IMG/VR virus record: IMGVR_UViG_3300018412_000021
Location: 1-52,258 of that record
Direction: 5' to 3' (one strand)
Source: a virus
Taxonomy: Duplodnaviria > Caudoviricetes
Length of the DNA: 52,258 nt
Made by a program: the position numbers and the translations under genes. Below the pieces are notes generated by a model. That model searched no databases and was not told the DNA's origin. It was given only the letters and a program-made list of their open reading frames with translations. Of this stretch, positions 18,920 to 28,207 are shown piece after piece (within the stretch, counting starts at the first letter, position 1; the number at the start of each line of letters is the position of its first letter).

Positions 18920-18986
18920 TAGCTAGTATCTCCTTAATCTGTGCCCTACGTTTAGCAAATTCCTTAATGTCTACTATCTTATCCAT
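18912..18986 (-). CDS. Very small protein (24 aa)
   Basis: MDKIVDIKEFAKRRAQIKEILANE, with a TAATG overlap with the upstream stop. Confidence 0.35.
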   Translation of the reverse strand: MDKIVDIKEFAKRRAQIKEILANE

Positions 18987-19882
18987 TACATCACCCAATT
19001 AGGTTTGAATGGCGTCTGCTTGTACTTGGTGATAGTGTGAGCAGGAATAACTTGTTCTGGAACTACCTCTTCGTATTCCTCAACTTTCTCGTAAGTGATT
19101 TCATCCCACTCAGTACCCCAACTATCGTCCCAAGTACCGTTCATGGTGACTAGCACATTCAAGAAATCAGAAGCATCCACACCCTCATCTCTCAAATCTA
19201 CAATATCTTGTGCAGTGATTGTGTGGCTCACCCAGCAAAAGAACGATGAATATTTGCGATGCTCTTTCTCAAACTCACCTACTTCTGATACATAATCTTT
19301 CAGGGCTTCTTCAGTAATCTTTTCCATTCTGTTCTCCTTAGATAGAAATTGTTTTATTTGTTCTCTACGTTTTTTGGCATTACTAGCTGGAACAACACCA
19401 CGTTCATTTAACCACACCCTATCTTTCTTGGAGTTGAGTATCGCAATAGCTTGCTTGTCAATAATCGCTTCTTCAAGAGTCATCCCATTACGTTCGCCGT
19501 GGGTCTTAGCCTTGTGGCAAGGTTTACAGGACAGTACCCACTCTTCTCCAATACCACCCCCACAATACCACAGAAAGGCTTCAGCGGTTTCTTTTGATGT
19601 ACACCCCTCAGATGAAATCTTGTGGTCACACTCAAGTTTAGAGCCAGCGAACCATTGGTTACAATAGTAACATTGCCCTACATTTTTCGTTGAAGGATGA
19701 AACAGTTTCTGTTCTTTCTCTTCGTTTGTCACAGGGCGTAGTTGTCTTGATTTCCACTCTTTACGAAGGGGGTAGTCAGCCCATAAACGTCTAAGTGCTC
19801 CTCTCAACCAACCCCAATACGCTGCTTCAGTCTTCCACACCTTTCGTCCTTCTGGAGTCAACCAAGGCTCTTTGTCACTCAT
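18986..19882 (-). CDS. HNH-type nuclease fused in frame to a second protein
   Basis: CYYC...ECDH...SCKPCH motif; internal AAGGAG-N6-ATG at 19327. Confidence 0.7.
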   Translation of the reverse strand: MSDKEPWLTPEGRKVWKTEAAYWGWLRGALRRLWADYPLRKEWKSRQLRPVTNEEKEQKLFHPSTKNVGQCYYCNQWFAGSKLECDHKISSEGCTSKETAEAFLWYCGGGIGEEWVLSCKPCHKAKTHGERNGMTLEEAIIDKQAIAILNSKKDRVWLNERGVVPASNAKKRREQIKQFLSKENRMEKITEEALKDYVSEVGEFEKEHRKYSSFFCWVSHTITAQDIVDLRDEGVDASDFLNVLVTMNGTWDDSWGTEWDEITYEKVEEYEEVVPEQVIPAHTITKYKQTPFKPNWVM

Positions 19883-20873
19883 AATCCACGCCCAGTTTAT
19901 CCAGCGTATCCAGAAACTCCACTTTATTCTCAAGCTCTGCCATACTTCTCAACATTCTCGCCATGTGCCAGTTCTCAGAAGCAACATATTTCCAATCAAT
20001 CTCAAACTCATCTCCACGCCAACCTGTAATGATCTTAGGTTCTGGATACAACGTCTTGTAGATATTGACAACAGCTTCAAGAGCCTCTTTATCATTCTTA
20101 CAATCTACCAGAGCTTTATAAGCAGACTTCTCACCCCACTTCTTGTCTGAAAAGCAATTGGCTTTGTAGTTGTCGATTTTATCCGCAAAGGCTACTTGGA
20201 AATACAAGAACAATCTACCAATACCTTTCACTTCGCCTTTCTCATTCAACCACAATTGACCAAACCCACTACAGTCAACAATACCCTTACTTGGGTTGTT
20301 GGGGTTGTACCAGTTTACACTATTGCCTCCCGTATCTTTGTCCACTGCTATGACAACACGGTTCTTTTTACCATGAGCTTCCATGATACAAGCATCATCG
20401 GCTTCAATGTTTTCAACAACATTCACTTTGTACTTTTTAACCAAGTATTCTGTGACTTCATCCATCAACAATGGTTTGGTGAGGTCGTTTCTATTTCCCT
20501 TGTACTCTAGCAGAGTTGAGAGTTCTTTACGGAAACTATCTCCTTTACCGAAGAATGCAATATAGCTTGAACAACCAGCTTGTTTGTATGAGTTCTCAAA
20601 CATAAGTTTAGCAGAGTGTAAGACATTCTCAATTGGTTCTGGTGTCTGCACATCCTCAATCTCAAACTCATCCCAAGTGAAGGGACTTGTTCGTCCTTCA
20701 TTGATTGTAGCCAGATAACCACCATCTTTGGTTCGCCAATTCCCCCAAAACTCGGTACGAGTGGCAAACTCTTTCTGCCTACCACTTGTTTTGTGTGTAG
20801 CTAAGATACTACGCTTCTCTCCTGCTGAAGCAACAGCATACTTAATATAGTCAGCATCAATAACAGCCTTCAT
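19875..20873 (-). CDS. 5'-3' exonuclease (T7 gp6/T5 D15-like)
   Basis: AVIDAD, YKGNR...KP, EADD, DKD and D..DN motifs. Confidence 0.85.
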   Translation of the reverse strand: MKAVIDADYIKYAVASAGEKRSILATHKTSGRQKEFATRTEFWGNWRTKDGGYLATINEGRTSPFTWDEFEIEDVQTPEPIENVLHSAKLMFENSYKQAGCSSYIAFFGKGDSFRKELSTLLEYKGNRNDLTKPLLMDEVTEYLVKKYKVNVVENIEADDACIMEAHGKKNRVVIAVDKDTGGNSVNWYNPNNPSKGIVDCSGFGQLWLNEKGEVKGIGRLFLYFQVAFADKIDNYKANCFSDKKWGEKSAYKALVDCKNDKEALEAVVNIYKTLYPEPKIITGWRGDEFEIDWKYVASENWHMARMLRSMAELENKVEFLDTLDKLGVDYE

Positions 20874-21088
20874 CCCTTCCACCCCTCTTTAACCTGATCG
20901 ACAATATCCAACACATCTTGTCTAGATGGAAATGGTAGTTCTGTGTAGCTGGTGAATTGCAATACAAACCCTCTCAAACCTCTCAGAATGGCTCGTGTGA
21001 GCCATTCCAGAGGGCGTAGTACGAAGAGCAGGGTAAACACTGCAAACACCTTCAGGACGATTATAGCTCGTTTCAGATAGATGTTCAT
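20870..21088 (-). CDS. Hypothetical membrane protein
   Basis: GAGGAG RBS; hydrophobic N-terminal half. Confidence 0.55.
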   Translation of the reverse strand: MNIYLKRAIIVLKVFAVFTLLFVLRPLEWLTRAILRGLRGFVLQFTSYTELPFPSRQDVLDIVDQVKEGWKG

Positions 21089-21106
21089 GGTGACTCCTCT
21101 TCTTGT

Positions 21107-21358
21107 TTAGGAGAACTCTTCTACTGTGCGATCAATCTCTTGCATCTCTTCAATCTTTTCTTTCAAATTCACTTGCTTTGCATGAACTTTGGCTGCTTTG
21201 GTAATACGAACCACTTCATCTTTAGCAAGACCTTGTGGGTTGCTATCTTCTTCATAAGTGAAGTCTTTCTTCAACTCTTTCAACAGCTCTTGTGCATCCA
21301 ATACTTCAGTTTCAAGATTAAACGCCCGTTCAAACAACTCTTTTCCATTCATGCTCAT
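21107..21358 (-). CDS. Small helical protein, possibly dsDNA-binding (T4 DsbA-like)
   Basis: All-helical 83 aa in the replication cluster; the family call is a pattern impression only. Confidence 0.4.
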   Translation of the reverse strand: MSMNGKELFERAFNLETEVLDAQELLKELKKDFTYEEDSNPQGLAKDEVVRITKAAKVHAKQVNLKEKIEEMQEIDRTVEEFS

Positions 21359-21612
21359 TAAAACTTCTCCTCTTGTTTAATACGAATAAGACGATCTTCA
21401 CCAGTGAGTGGGTTCTCATCCACAAACTCGACAAGATCATAGGCAGTTTCAAAAGGGTCAACAGTGAAGCCTGTTGCTCCCAGTTTACCCAGAACACTAT
21501 ACACTTGCCGATCACCAGCTACACAACCAAGCAGCAAATCTAGTGTGTACACTTCATCTTCTGTCAACTCAATAGAGACAGTTGTTCGTTTATCATCAGG
21601 CTTCTTAGCCAT
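21358..21612 (-). CDS. Hypothetical protein
   Basis: AGGAG RBS. Confidence 0.6.
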   Translation of the reverse strand: MAKKPDDKRTTVSIELTEDEVYTLDLLLGCVAGDRQVYSVLGKLGATGFTVDPFETAYDLVEFVDENPLTGEDRLIRIKQEEKF

Positions 21613-21630
21613 AGTCTTCTCTCCTATATG

Positions 21631-21672
21631 AAATAAAAAGCCGGTTATATCAAAATTCTCAACACAACCGGC
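21631..21672 (-). terminator. Intrinsic terminator after the ssb-like gene
   Basis: The minus strand reads GCCGGTTGTGTTG...GATATAACCGGC followed by TTTTTATTT. Confidence 0.7.
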
Positions 21673-21685
21673 ACTATAATTTGGG

Positions 21686-22408
21686 TTAGATCATGTGAAG
21701 GAAGCTACGACCTTCTTGGAGACCAATCGGAGCAAAAGGAATGTCGTCCTCAGTACCCCCAAAGTCTTCAGTAGGCTCTTCTACTTTCGGAGAAGACTTC
21801 TTACGAGGGGTTTTAGCTTCAGGCTCTTCCTCTCGTTGAGCTTTCTGAACCTCACTCATTTCCCGTTCAGGAACGTCTGAGAAGTCACTAGCCAAAGTAC
21901 CAACTTCACCCAACTCATCAAAGGACGCACCACCCTCTTTCTTATACTCAATCAACTCATCAACACGGATAGCTTTAAGCTGGGCAAAACGGCCAAACGA
22001 GTTCTCAACAGTATCAAAAGATACGACACCTTTACTGCCATTCGCTACTAGAATGTCTTTAGTAACGTCTTGAAGTTTACCATCACTGCCCGGTACAAAC
22101 ACACGAGGACGGTAGGCGTCTGGTGTTGGGTGCATTTCTTCACCCTTGAAGTATTGAGCATTCTTCTTCAGCTTGATGACGTACTGCTCATCCCCAGCGT
22201 AAGGTGGTGAGATTTTGAAGATTTTCTCAAAATCGTCACTGTCAATTTCCTTAGCTTTCTGCTTAGGAAACTCTTTGTTCCACTTCTTAGCTGTGGCTTT
22301 ATCTACAACACAATCAACACTCCACTCTTTCTCAGTCTTGGACTGGTACTTGAAGTCTGCCTGAGCCAGCTTTGTATAACAAAAAACTACGTCATTGATT
22401 ACAGCCAT
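21686..22408 (-). CDS. Single-stranded DNA-binding protein (putative)
   Basis: T7 gp2.5-like layout with a VANGSKG motif, an acidic tail and DDIPF. Confidence 0.65.
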   Translation of the reverse strand: MAVINDVVFCYTKLAQADFKYQSKTEKEWSVDCVVDKATAKKWNKEFPKQKAKEIDSDDFEKIFKISPPYAGDEQYVIKLKKNAQYFKGEEMHPTPDAYRPRVFVPGSDGKLQDVTKDILVANGSKGVVSFDTVENSFGRFAQLKAIRVDELIEYKKEGGASFDELGEVGTLASDFSDVPEREMSEVQKAQREEEPEAKTPRKKSSPKVEEPTEDFGGTEDDIPFAPIGLQEGRSFLHMI

Positions 22409-22471
22409 GTTTTATTACCTCTTTCAGATAGATGTTAGCCCGAAGGCTGGTTTGGTACTACTCTCTTTTAT

Positions 22472-22690
22472 TTAAGCAGAGTGCTTAAATTCTTTCTTCA
22501 AATTGCGATAAATCTTCTTCTCACAATCTTTCAGGCACGCAGTGTACACCATAAAGGATATAGCCTTTCCTGTCAAGTCATAATACACTTTACGATATTC
22601 TTTAAACTCGTAATTTTCATAAGGGAGCATTTGTGTCACTGCTTCCAGTTTAGCCAACTTACGAAGTTTCTTGCTTTGTTTACCGTTCAT
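22472..22690 (-). CDS. Hypothetical basic protein
   Basis: MNGKQSKKLRK start; GAGGAG RBS. Confidence 0.6.
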   Translation of the reverse strand: MNGKQSKKLRKLAKLEAVTQMLPYENYEFKEYRKVYYDLTGKAISFMVYTACLKDCEKKIYRNLKKEFKHSA

Positions 22691-22700
22691 TCTTTTCTCC

Positions 22701-22991
22701 TCACATCAAAGTAAATGCAATAAAACCAAACAACAGGGCTAGAACATTTAGAACCACACCCATTGTCATGGTGGATAGTCCTGCATCCAAACCAGACTTC
22801 TCTCCCAACCCCCGAGTACCCATTAAGATGCTAAACAGCAAAGTAACACCGTAGGCGTGAGCCAGTCCAATAGACTGTACGCCAAGAGGGACTAAGAACC
22901 AACCCCACAATGTACTCACTGTGAACGCTGAGAAAAGAATCAAGGTGAAGCACAGAACAACTAAACCAACCACACCTGATAAGAATTTCAC
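22701..22991 (-). CDS. Hypothetical membrane protein (three TM segments)
   Basis: Hydrophobic, with an LWGWFLVPLG motif; GTG start. Confidence 0.65.
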   Translation of the reverse strand: MKFLSGVVGLVVLCFTLILFSAFTVSTLWGWFLVPLGVQSIGLAHAYGVTLLFSILMGTRGLGEKSGLDAGLSTMTMGVVLNVLALLFGFIAFTLM

Positions 22992-23975
22992 CGTACCACC
23001 ACCTCAACAGTCTTCTGTTGTACAATCTGCACATCTGGATACTGCTTCTTCAACATCTGCTTTGTTATTCATTTGCAAACCTCCTCTCATCTATATCTAC
23101 TGTCCAAACCATCAGTTGCTCATAGGAGCTTTTGTCTAAAGCGTCTTTCCACTTCTGAGCGAGAAATTTTGCTTCGCTTTCTTTTGCTTTCTTATACAAG
23201 AAGAACATTTCAATAGGATCATTCGACATTCCTAGAAATCTCTGATTCCTGCCAGAGAATCTATCTTTTATTTGAGCTTTATATAGGCATTCCTTAACAG
23301 CGTAATGCACTCCGGGTGGACAACCATTATCTTTGCGTTTATAAGCTAAAAATGTGTTTATTTCTGCTGGTAGTAAACAACATGTATCCATAGAGTAGCA
23401 TTTATTATCCTTTACTAGCAAATCTTTGTCAAGGCTCCATCCTGCGTTAGCTTGTTTTTGACAAGAAAACCAAGAGCAGAAGTTTTGAAAGTTAAACCAA
23501 TCCTCTCGCACATAACAGTCAACGTATGTTGGATTTTTAACTAACTTTCTTTCACCATAACATCTCCAAAACATGCCACTCCAAGCAACATACTCAGGAG
23601 TATTTTTACGCCCATTCTTTATACGAAATGTGCCGTCTCCAATAAACCCTCTATTGAAAAGTGTAGCCCCATAGGGATTTTTAAGTGTTCCATTAACTAT
23701 CTGAGACTTTTCACACCATGTAGTAAATCCATGTGAATCTTGAAATTCGACAAGGACTTTAGACTTGTTCTCGTATTCTAATACCTTGACGCTTTGATTC
23801 TTTCTTAGCGTGTATACTGCGCCCACATCCAGAGGTCTTCTTTGAGATTCTGCCATTAATCTTACCTTACAAACTCTGTAAAAATTAGATTTGCATCTTC
23901 ACGGGTGAATTGTTCATCCAAGATGACAGGCTTACCGTTGTAGTTGCTTACCAGCTTGTAGAAATAATGTTTCAT
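22988..23975 (-). pseudogene. 55-aa gene split by an 820-bp HNH insertion (halves 23891-23975 and 22988-23070)
   Basis: Joining the halves gives MKHYFYKLVSNYNGKPVILDEQFTREDA-R-ITKQMLKKQYPDVQIVQQKTVEVVVR*, whose stop overlaps the next GTG. Confidence 0.6.
23065..23856 (-). CDS. Free-standing HNH-family homing endonuclease
   Basis: YVAWSGM..RCY, W.NFQNF..W and LDKDLL..NK.YS.DTCCLLP.EIN motifs. Confidence 0.8.
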   Translation of the reverse strand: MAESQRRPLDVGAVYTLRKNQSVKVLEYENKSKVLVEFQDSHGFTTWCEKSQIVNGTLKNPYGATLFNRGFIGDGTFRIKNGRKNTPEYVAWSGMFWRCYGERKLVKNPTYVDCYVREDWFNFQNFCSWFSCQKQANAGWSLDKDLLVKDNKCYSMDTCCLLPAEINTFLAYKRKDNGCPPGVHYAVKECLYKAQIKDRFSGRNQRFLGMSNDPIEMFFLYKKAKESEAKFLAQKWKDALDKSSYEQLMVWTVDIDERRFANE

Positions 23976-24005
23976 TTCAGTTCCTCCTCTCACTTAAGAG
24001 ACTAT

Positions 24006-24034
24006 ATTATCTCACACTTTAGGGGTTGTGTCAA
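24006..24034 (-). promoter_or_regulatory. sigma70-like promoter
   Basis: TTGACA-N17-GATAAT. Confidence 0.65.
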
Positions 24035-24053
24035 GGGATTTAGTGAATAAAAA

Positions 24054-26168
24054 TCAATGCACCTCGCACCAACTCTTACCAACCAAACCTTCTCCCGCTA
24101 ATTCTACTTTCAATTGTAGGAACTGTCCAGCCTTTTCAATAGCCTTTTCAATCATTTTAGCCACTTCAGGGGCGATGACTTCATCACACTCGTATTCCAA
24201 CTCATCGTGCATGTAGCCAATCCTCCGCACTACAAAACCTTTATAGGTGTAGTATGGTTTACGATCTTTCCAGTGCAAACCTCCGAGCCACAAGTCCATG
24301 AAGCAACCAGCATAGTCCATTACAATACCGCCACAACTCTGGAAGATTGTATTCAACAAAGCACTCTTCTTCCGAGTACGCAGAATACGACCATCAATAG
24401 CTGGCAAGAACTTCCCTTGTCCTTTTGTCTCCCAATACTTCTCCAGACTGTCCCTCAATCCCTTAACAGCGGGGTTGGCTTCCCAGAAAGCGTTCAGCTT
24501 GTCATTACCCATCTTCTCCGGTAGTCCGAGAGTGCTTGCTACTTTAGGGCCACCAGCCCCATACAAAATGGCGTAAAATCCGTTCTTACTGCGGTCACGG
24601 TAGGGCTTGAACACAGGATCATCCTTGCTAAACGCTGGGTCAGACAGGTCAAACTGCTCAACTTCTTTCAGATGCCCAAAGAAAGCAATGGCATTCTTGG
24701 AGTGTGGGTCGCCATTCAAGAGTTCGTCAGCGGTAACACCATTGTCATATCGGTAACTGTAGTGTCCCATCACACGCCCCTCCAGAGCAGCAGCGTCACC
24801 AGCGGCAATAAGCATCCCATCTTCCGAAGTCCAGAGACTCCGAAACTCTTTCCCCAACAAAACCTTCTCTGAAGCCTTGGGCACGTTCACAACTGTTTTG
24901 TGTTTCTGTCTGTGCGTACTAGCAATCCCTGTACGTCCAGCACCGATGCGTCCGTCCTTTTGTAGTCGTGGATTATCCAACCAGCCTTGTAGCACAGATA
25001 GTCGGTTACGCAGACTCAGCCACTTGACTACTAGCTTCACAATATCCCCCTCCATCCTCATCAAGTTTGGACATATCTTGCCTGTGTCCTGAATCTTTGG
25101 GGATGTTTCAACCAATTTCCGTGTCTTCGGGTCACGCATAGGCTTCCCATCGGGGCCACGTTGGAAGTTATAGAATGTCGGCTTCCAACCCTGTGAGAGA
25201 AACCAGTCTTTCATCTGGTCTTGGTTAGCCATCTCCATTGGCAGCTTAACATCTAACATACTGCCAGCAGCAACAGGATACTGTTTCCCGTAGAACTCCC
25301 ACAGCCCACTTTTCTCATCCAAAACACCACTGTGTTTTTCAACAAACTTTTCCCAAGCAGATGAATATGTGCCATCTTTCTTGAAAGGTTTTGCAGGCAT
25401 TGTGTAGAACTTCTCTTCTGACTTCTTCAATGCCCTTGGTGGTAGTTGTGGCTCTACTTCTGCACGAATTTCCTCCATCATGCCTATGATACGGTCTTTG
25501 AGTGCCAGTGCTGCATCAATATCAAACTTCCAACCAGTGAGTTCTTGGCAAGACATTAGATAGAAAGATTTCTGTCCACACTTGAATGCTTGTGTAGCCT
25601 CAAATGGCTTCCCATACATCTCTTTCCACTCTTTCTCAAGGTAGCGCAAAATCAAGATATTGACTTCGACATCACGTTCACAATATGTGTCCATCTTCGG
25701 GTGGTACTGCATGAACTCTGCACCCTTAGGGCTGTTCTTATCAATCAGTCCAAGGTCAATACACTCTTGACGCCAATCAATCTTCTCCAGTCCAAGAATC
25801 TCACCAAAATAGGCAACACTATGTCCAGCCCTATCTGGATTCAAGAACATAGATAGGTAGAACGTATCAATATACTGAACAGGCTTACCACAAAGTTTAT
25901 CAGGCCCAACAGCGAAATCAATATCCATGAGATTGAGGAGAACAAAAATGTCGTACCCAAGGCCGTTGTGGAAGACAACATTCGGATTATCGTAACCAGC
26001 AACCCACTTAATGAACTTCTGTTTTGCTTCTCTGTCTTTGAAAGGGTTTAATTTCAACCGCTTTGTTTCATCATCTAGGTCAATCAGACACAAAGACCAA
26101 ATCTTTGTTGACTCGAAGACAAAACCATCTGCTTCCAAGTCAAGAGTAAATCCGTTGCCAACGCTCAT
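24054..26168 (-). CDS. DNA polymerase, family A (T7-like), with 3'-5' exonuclease
   Basis: Exonuclease motifs DLEAD, HNG..YD and YC.RD; polymerase motif A DAAALEGR, motif B R..SKNGFYAILYG and motif C HDE. Confidence 0.95.
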   Translation of the reverse strand: MSVGNGFTLDLEADGFVFESTKIWSLCLIDLDDETKRLKLNPFKDREAKQKFIKWVAGYDNPNVVFHNGLGYDIFVLLNLMDIDFAVGPDKLCGKPVQYIDTFYLSMFLNPDRAGHSVAYFGEILGLEKIDWRQECIDLGLIDKNSPKGAEFMQYHPKMDTYCERDVEVNILILRYLEKEWKEMYGKPFEATQAFKCGQKSFYLMSCQELTGWKFDIDAALALKDRIIGMMEEIRAEVEPQLPPRALKKSEEKFYTMPAKPFKKDGTYSSAWEKFVEKHSGVLDEKSGLWEFYGKQYPVAAGSMLDVKLPMEMANQDQMKDWFLSQGWKPTFYNFQRGPDGKPMRDPKTRKLVETSPKIQDTGKICPNLMRMEGDIVKLVVKWLSLRNRLSVLQGWLDNPRLQKDGRIGAGRTGIASTHRQKHKTVVNVPKASEKVLLGKEFRSLWTSEDGMLIAAGDAAALEGRVMGHYSYRYDNGVTADELLNGDPHSKNAIAFFGHLKEVEQFDLSDPAFSKDDPVFKPYRDRSKNGFYAILYGAGGPKVASTLGLPEKMGNDKLNAFWEANPAVKGLRDSLEKYWETKGQGKFLPAIDGRILRTRKKSALLNTIFQSCGGIVMDYAGCFMDLWLGGLHWKDRKPYYTYKGFVVRRIGYMHDELEYECDEVIAPEVAKMIEKAIEKAGQFLQLKVELAGEGLVGKSWCEVH

Positions 26169-26179
26169 CTTCTCTCCTC

Positions 26180-27814
26180 TTAAAAATCTACGTCATTGAA
26201 CTCATCCTCAGATAGTAGCACTTCCCAACTCTCATCGTCAATCTTGAATGTGTCAGCTACACCTAAATAAGACCAAGGACGGTTCTTCAACACTGTAAGG
26301 CGTACACGCCCACGGCTCCTGTCAGGTAAAATCTCCGGCTCCAGACCGATAATAACAAAACTCAATTGTTCCAGAGCCGCACTACCTCTCATCATCTCCT
26401 TTGAGACTTGCACCCAATACGGCTTTGGCTCTTCCCCCTCTTTCACTCTAGGAGCTTTGAATTGTTCTGCTGCACTGCGGTTAATGTGGCTAACTGCAAT
26501 GATGCAAACATCGTTGGCAGCACAAAAAGCAGCAAGCTCTGTCATAACCATGTCTAGCTCTTTACGCTCGTCTTTTACTGCACTACCAGAAATCACAAGG
26601 CTTAGGTGGTCTAGAATGATAAAATTACACCCCTCAACCAAGTGCATGTGTTTAATCTTCGCCATTAACTCACTAATGGGAAGACTGCCGAAGTGGCCCA
26701 ACATAACAAGCTGGTCGTTATCCACAATCTCTTTGTACGCCTTTTCAATAGCTTCTCGACTAGCCACACCTAGAGGGTTATTCTTAAACTCAAGGTAGTT
26801 TACTTTCAGTTTAGATGCTATCAAGCGTTGAATAGTTTCTTTATTAGTTTCTTCTAGGTAAATCATACCTAGCTTTTCATTCGCTTCCATAAACGCTGAA
26901 GCAAAGATAGAACAGACTGTACTCTTACCAACACCACTAGGGCTGGTCAATAGAACTAGCTCGCGTGTACGAAAACCATGTAGCTTGGCCATCAGTTTTG
27001 GGAAACTGTTTACATAAATACCCTCTGGCCGAGGTTCAAGCAAGTAATCTAAGTCTAAGTCAGCAGCCTTTACAATCTTCTCAGAAGAATATGGTCTACG
27101 TCCGAACTGCACCAGTTTAGCTAAGTCTTGAGAACGACCAGCTTGCATATAATCAGAGGCGTCTTTAAAACCCTCGTCTGGTGTTACCGTAAAGAGGGAC
27201 ATACCACTACCTACAAGTGCGTTAGCCACTGCCTCACGCGCCTCATGCCCTTTGACAATCTTTTTCGCCGCCTCTGCTGGCGTACAGTGGTCGTCATCGA
27301 AGTAAATTGTCAAAGCATCGTGACTTGTTACATAGGCTTCGTTGTGAAGGATTGACTCTACAGCATTAGCAGTGCCCATAGGAATAGAAGCAACTAGCGG
27401 CTCGATACCCTCATACTTTGTTCCTTTTACACTATCAACACCAGCTTGCCAGACTGAAAGCATATCCCATTGGCCTTCTGTGATGGTCAGGTTATTACGC
27501 TTACGATTCTGAGTTTCTGCTACATTCTGCCCGAACAGCTTATTCCCAATGGTAACACTGCCCACTGTTGTCCAGTGATAATCTTCTTCTTTTGCTTTAG
27601 TCAAGTCTTGTTTAGAGTAACCAGTGACTTTTCCCTTTTGGTTGTAAGAAGGGAAGTAAATGGCTTCAGGTGTTTTACCGTCTTGTTGGGATACAGCCAC
27701 CTTAACACCAAAACGCTCTAGGGTTTCTTTACGAATACCTCGCTCCGGTACATCAACACTTTTAAGTGATTGCACGTCCGCTAGTGTTTCTTTTGGAACA
27801 TATTTCTCTGACAT
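26180..27814 (-). CDS. Primase-helicase (TOPRIM plus SF4 helicase)
   Basis: TEGQWD, FDDD and KDASD TOPRIM motifs; helicase motifs SGVGKS, ILDHL, RGS..LEQ and KNR. The start may lie a few codons upstream. Confidence 0.92.
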   Translation of the reverse strand: MSEKYVPKETLADVQSLKSVDVPERGIRKETLERFGVKVAVSQQDGKTPEAIYFPSYNQKGKVTGYSKQDLTKAKEEDYHWTTVGSVTIGNKLFGQNVAETQNRKRNNLTITEGQWDMLSVWQAGVDSVKGTKYEGIEPLVASIPMGTANAVESILHNEAYVTSHDALTIYFDDDHCTPAEAAKKIVKGHEAREAVANALVGSGMSLFTVTPDEGFKDASDYMQAGRSQDLAKLVQFGRRPYSSEKIVKAADLDLDYLLEPRPEGIYVNSFPKLMAKLHGFRTRELVLLTSPSGVGKSTVCSIFASAFMEANEKLGMIYLEETNKETIQRLIASKLKVNYLEFKNNPLGVASREAIEKAYKEIVDNDQLVMLGHFGSLPISELMAKIKHMHLVEGCNFIILDHLSLVISGSAVKDERKELDMVMTELAAFCAANDVCIIAVSHINRSAAEQFKAPRVKEGEEPKPYWVQVSKEMMRGSAALEQLSFVIIGLEPEILPDRSRGRVRLTVLKNRPWSYLGVADTFKIDDESWEVLLSEDEFNDVDF

Positions 27815-27848
27815 ATCTTCTCCTCGCTTCTCCTTGAAATACCCCACC

Positions 27849-28031
27849 TCAATCCTCCACACTAATCATAGAACATCCTGTGTCCGGTAAGTGAAATTCT
27901 TCATACGGATTACCAATATAACACAATTCACTCTCTTTGTCTATAGTCTTTTCTTTAAGAAATTGTTTCTTATCTTCTTCCACTTTGTTTTTGTTGGATT
28001 TTTGAAAATTCTTAGCTACCTGATTTTTCAT
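27849..28031 (-). CDS. Hypothetical protein
   Basis: MKNQVAKNF start with an AGGAGG RBS and ATGA overlap. Confidence 0.55.
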   Translation of the reverse strand: MKNQVAKNFQKSNKNKVEEDKKQFLKEKTIDKESELCYIGNPYEEFHLPDTGCSMISVED

Positions 28032-28207
28032 TCGCCACCCTCCTTTCCACAATAAATACATTTAGCCCAAGAATCTCCAGAACCATCCCAACCATACACC
28101 TTCCACTTATGGCCATCCTCTTCACATTCATGTGGAGGGGTGGTTTTCCAAACATCATAACCCGGAAGGCTAGATGTTGGTGTTTGTTCAGATAGATTGT
28201 GTTTCAC
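28028..28207 (-). CDS. Small putative Zn-binding protein (59 aa)
   Basis: GTG start; LPGYDVWKTTPPHEC....H.W...CIYCG; below the ORF-track cutoff. Confidence 0.55.
   Translation of the reverse strand: MKHNLSEQTPTSSLPGYDVWKTTPPHECEEDGHKWKVYGWDGSGDSWAKCIYCGKEGGE

Noticed and set aside
23071-23890. HNH insert as a group I intron or ribosomal bypass
   Set aside because: Only about 34 nt of the insert is non-coding, so there is no room for a ribozyme core. Landing on the repeated GCA AAT leads to an immediate stop.
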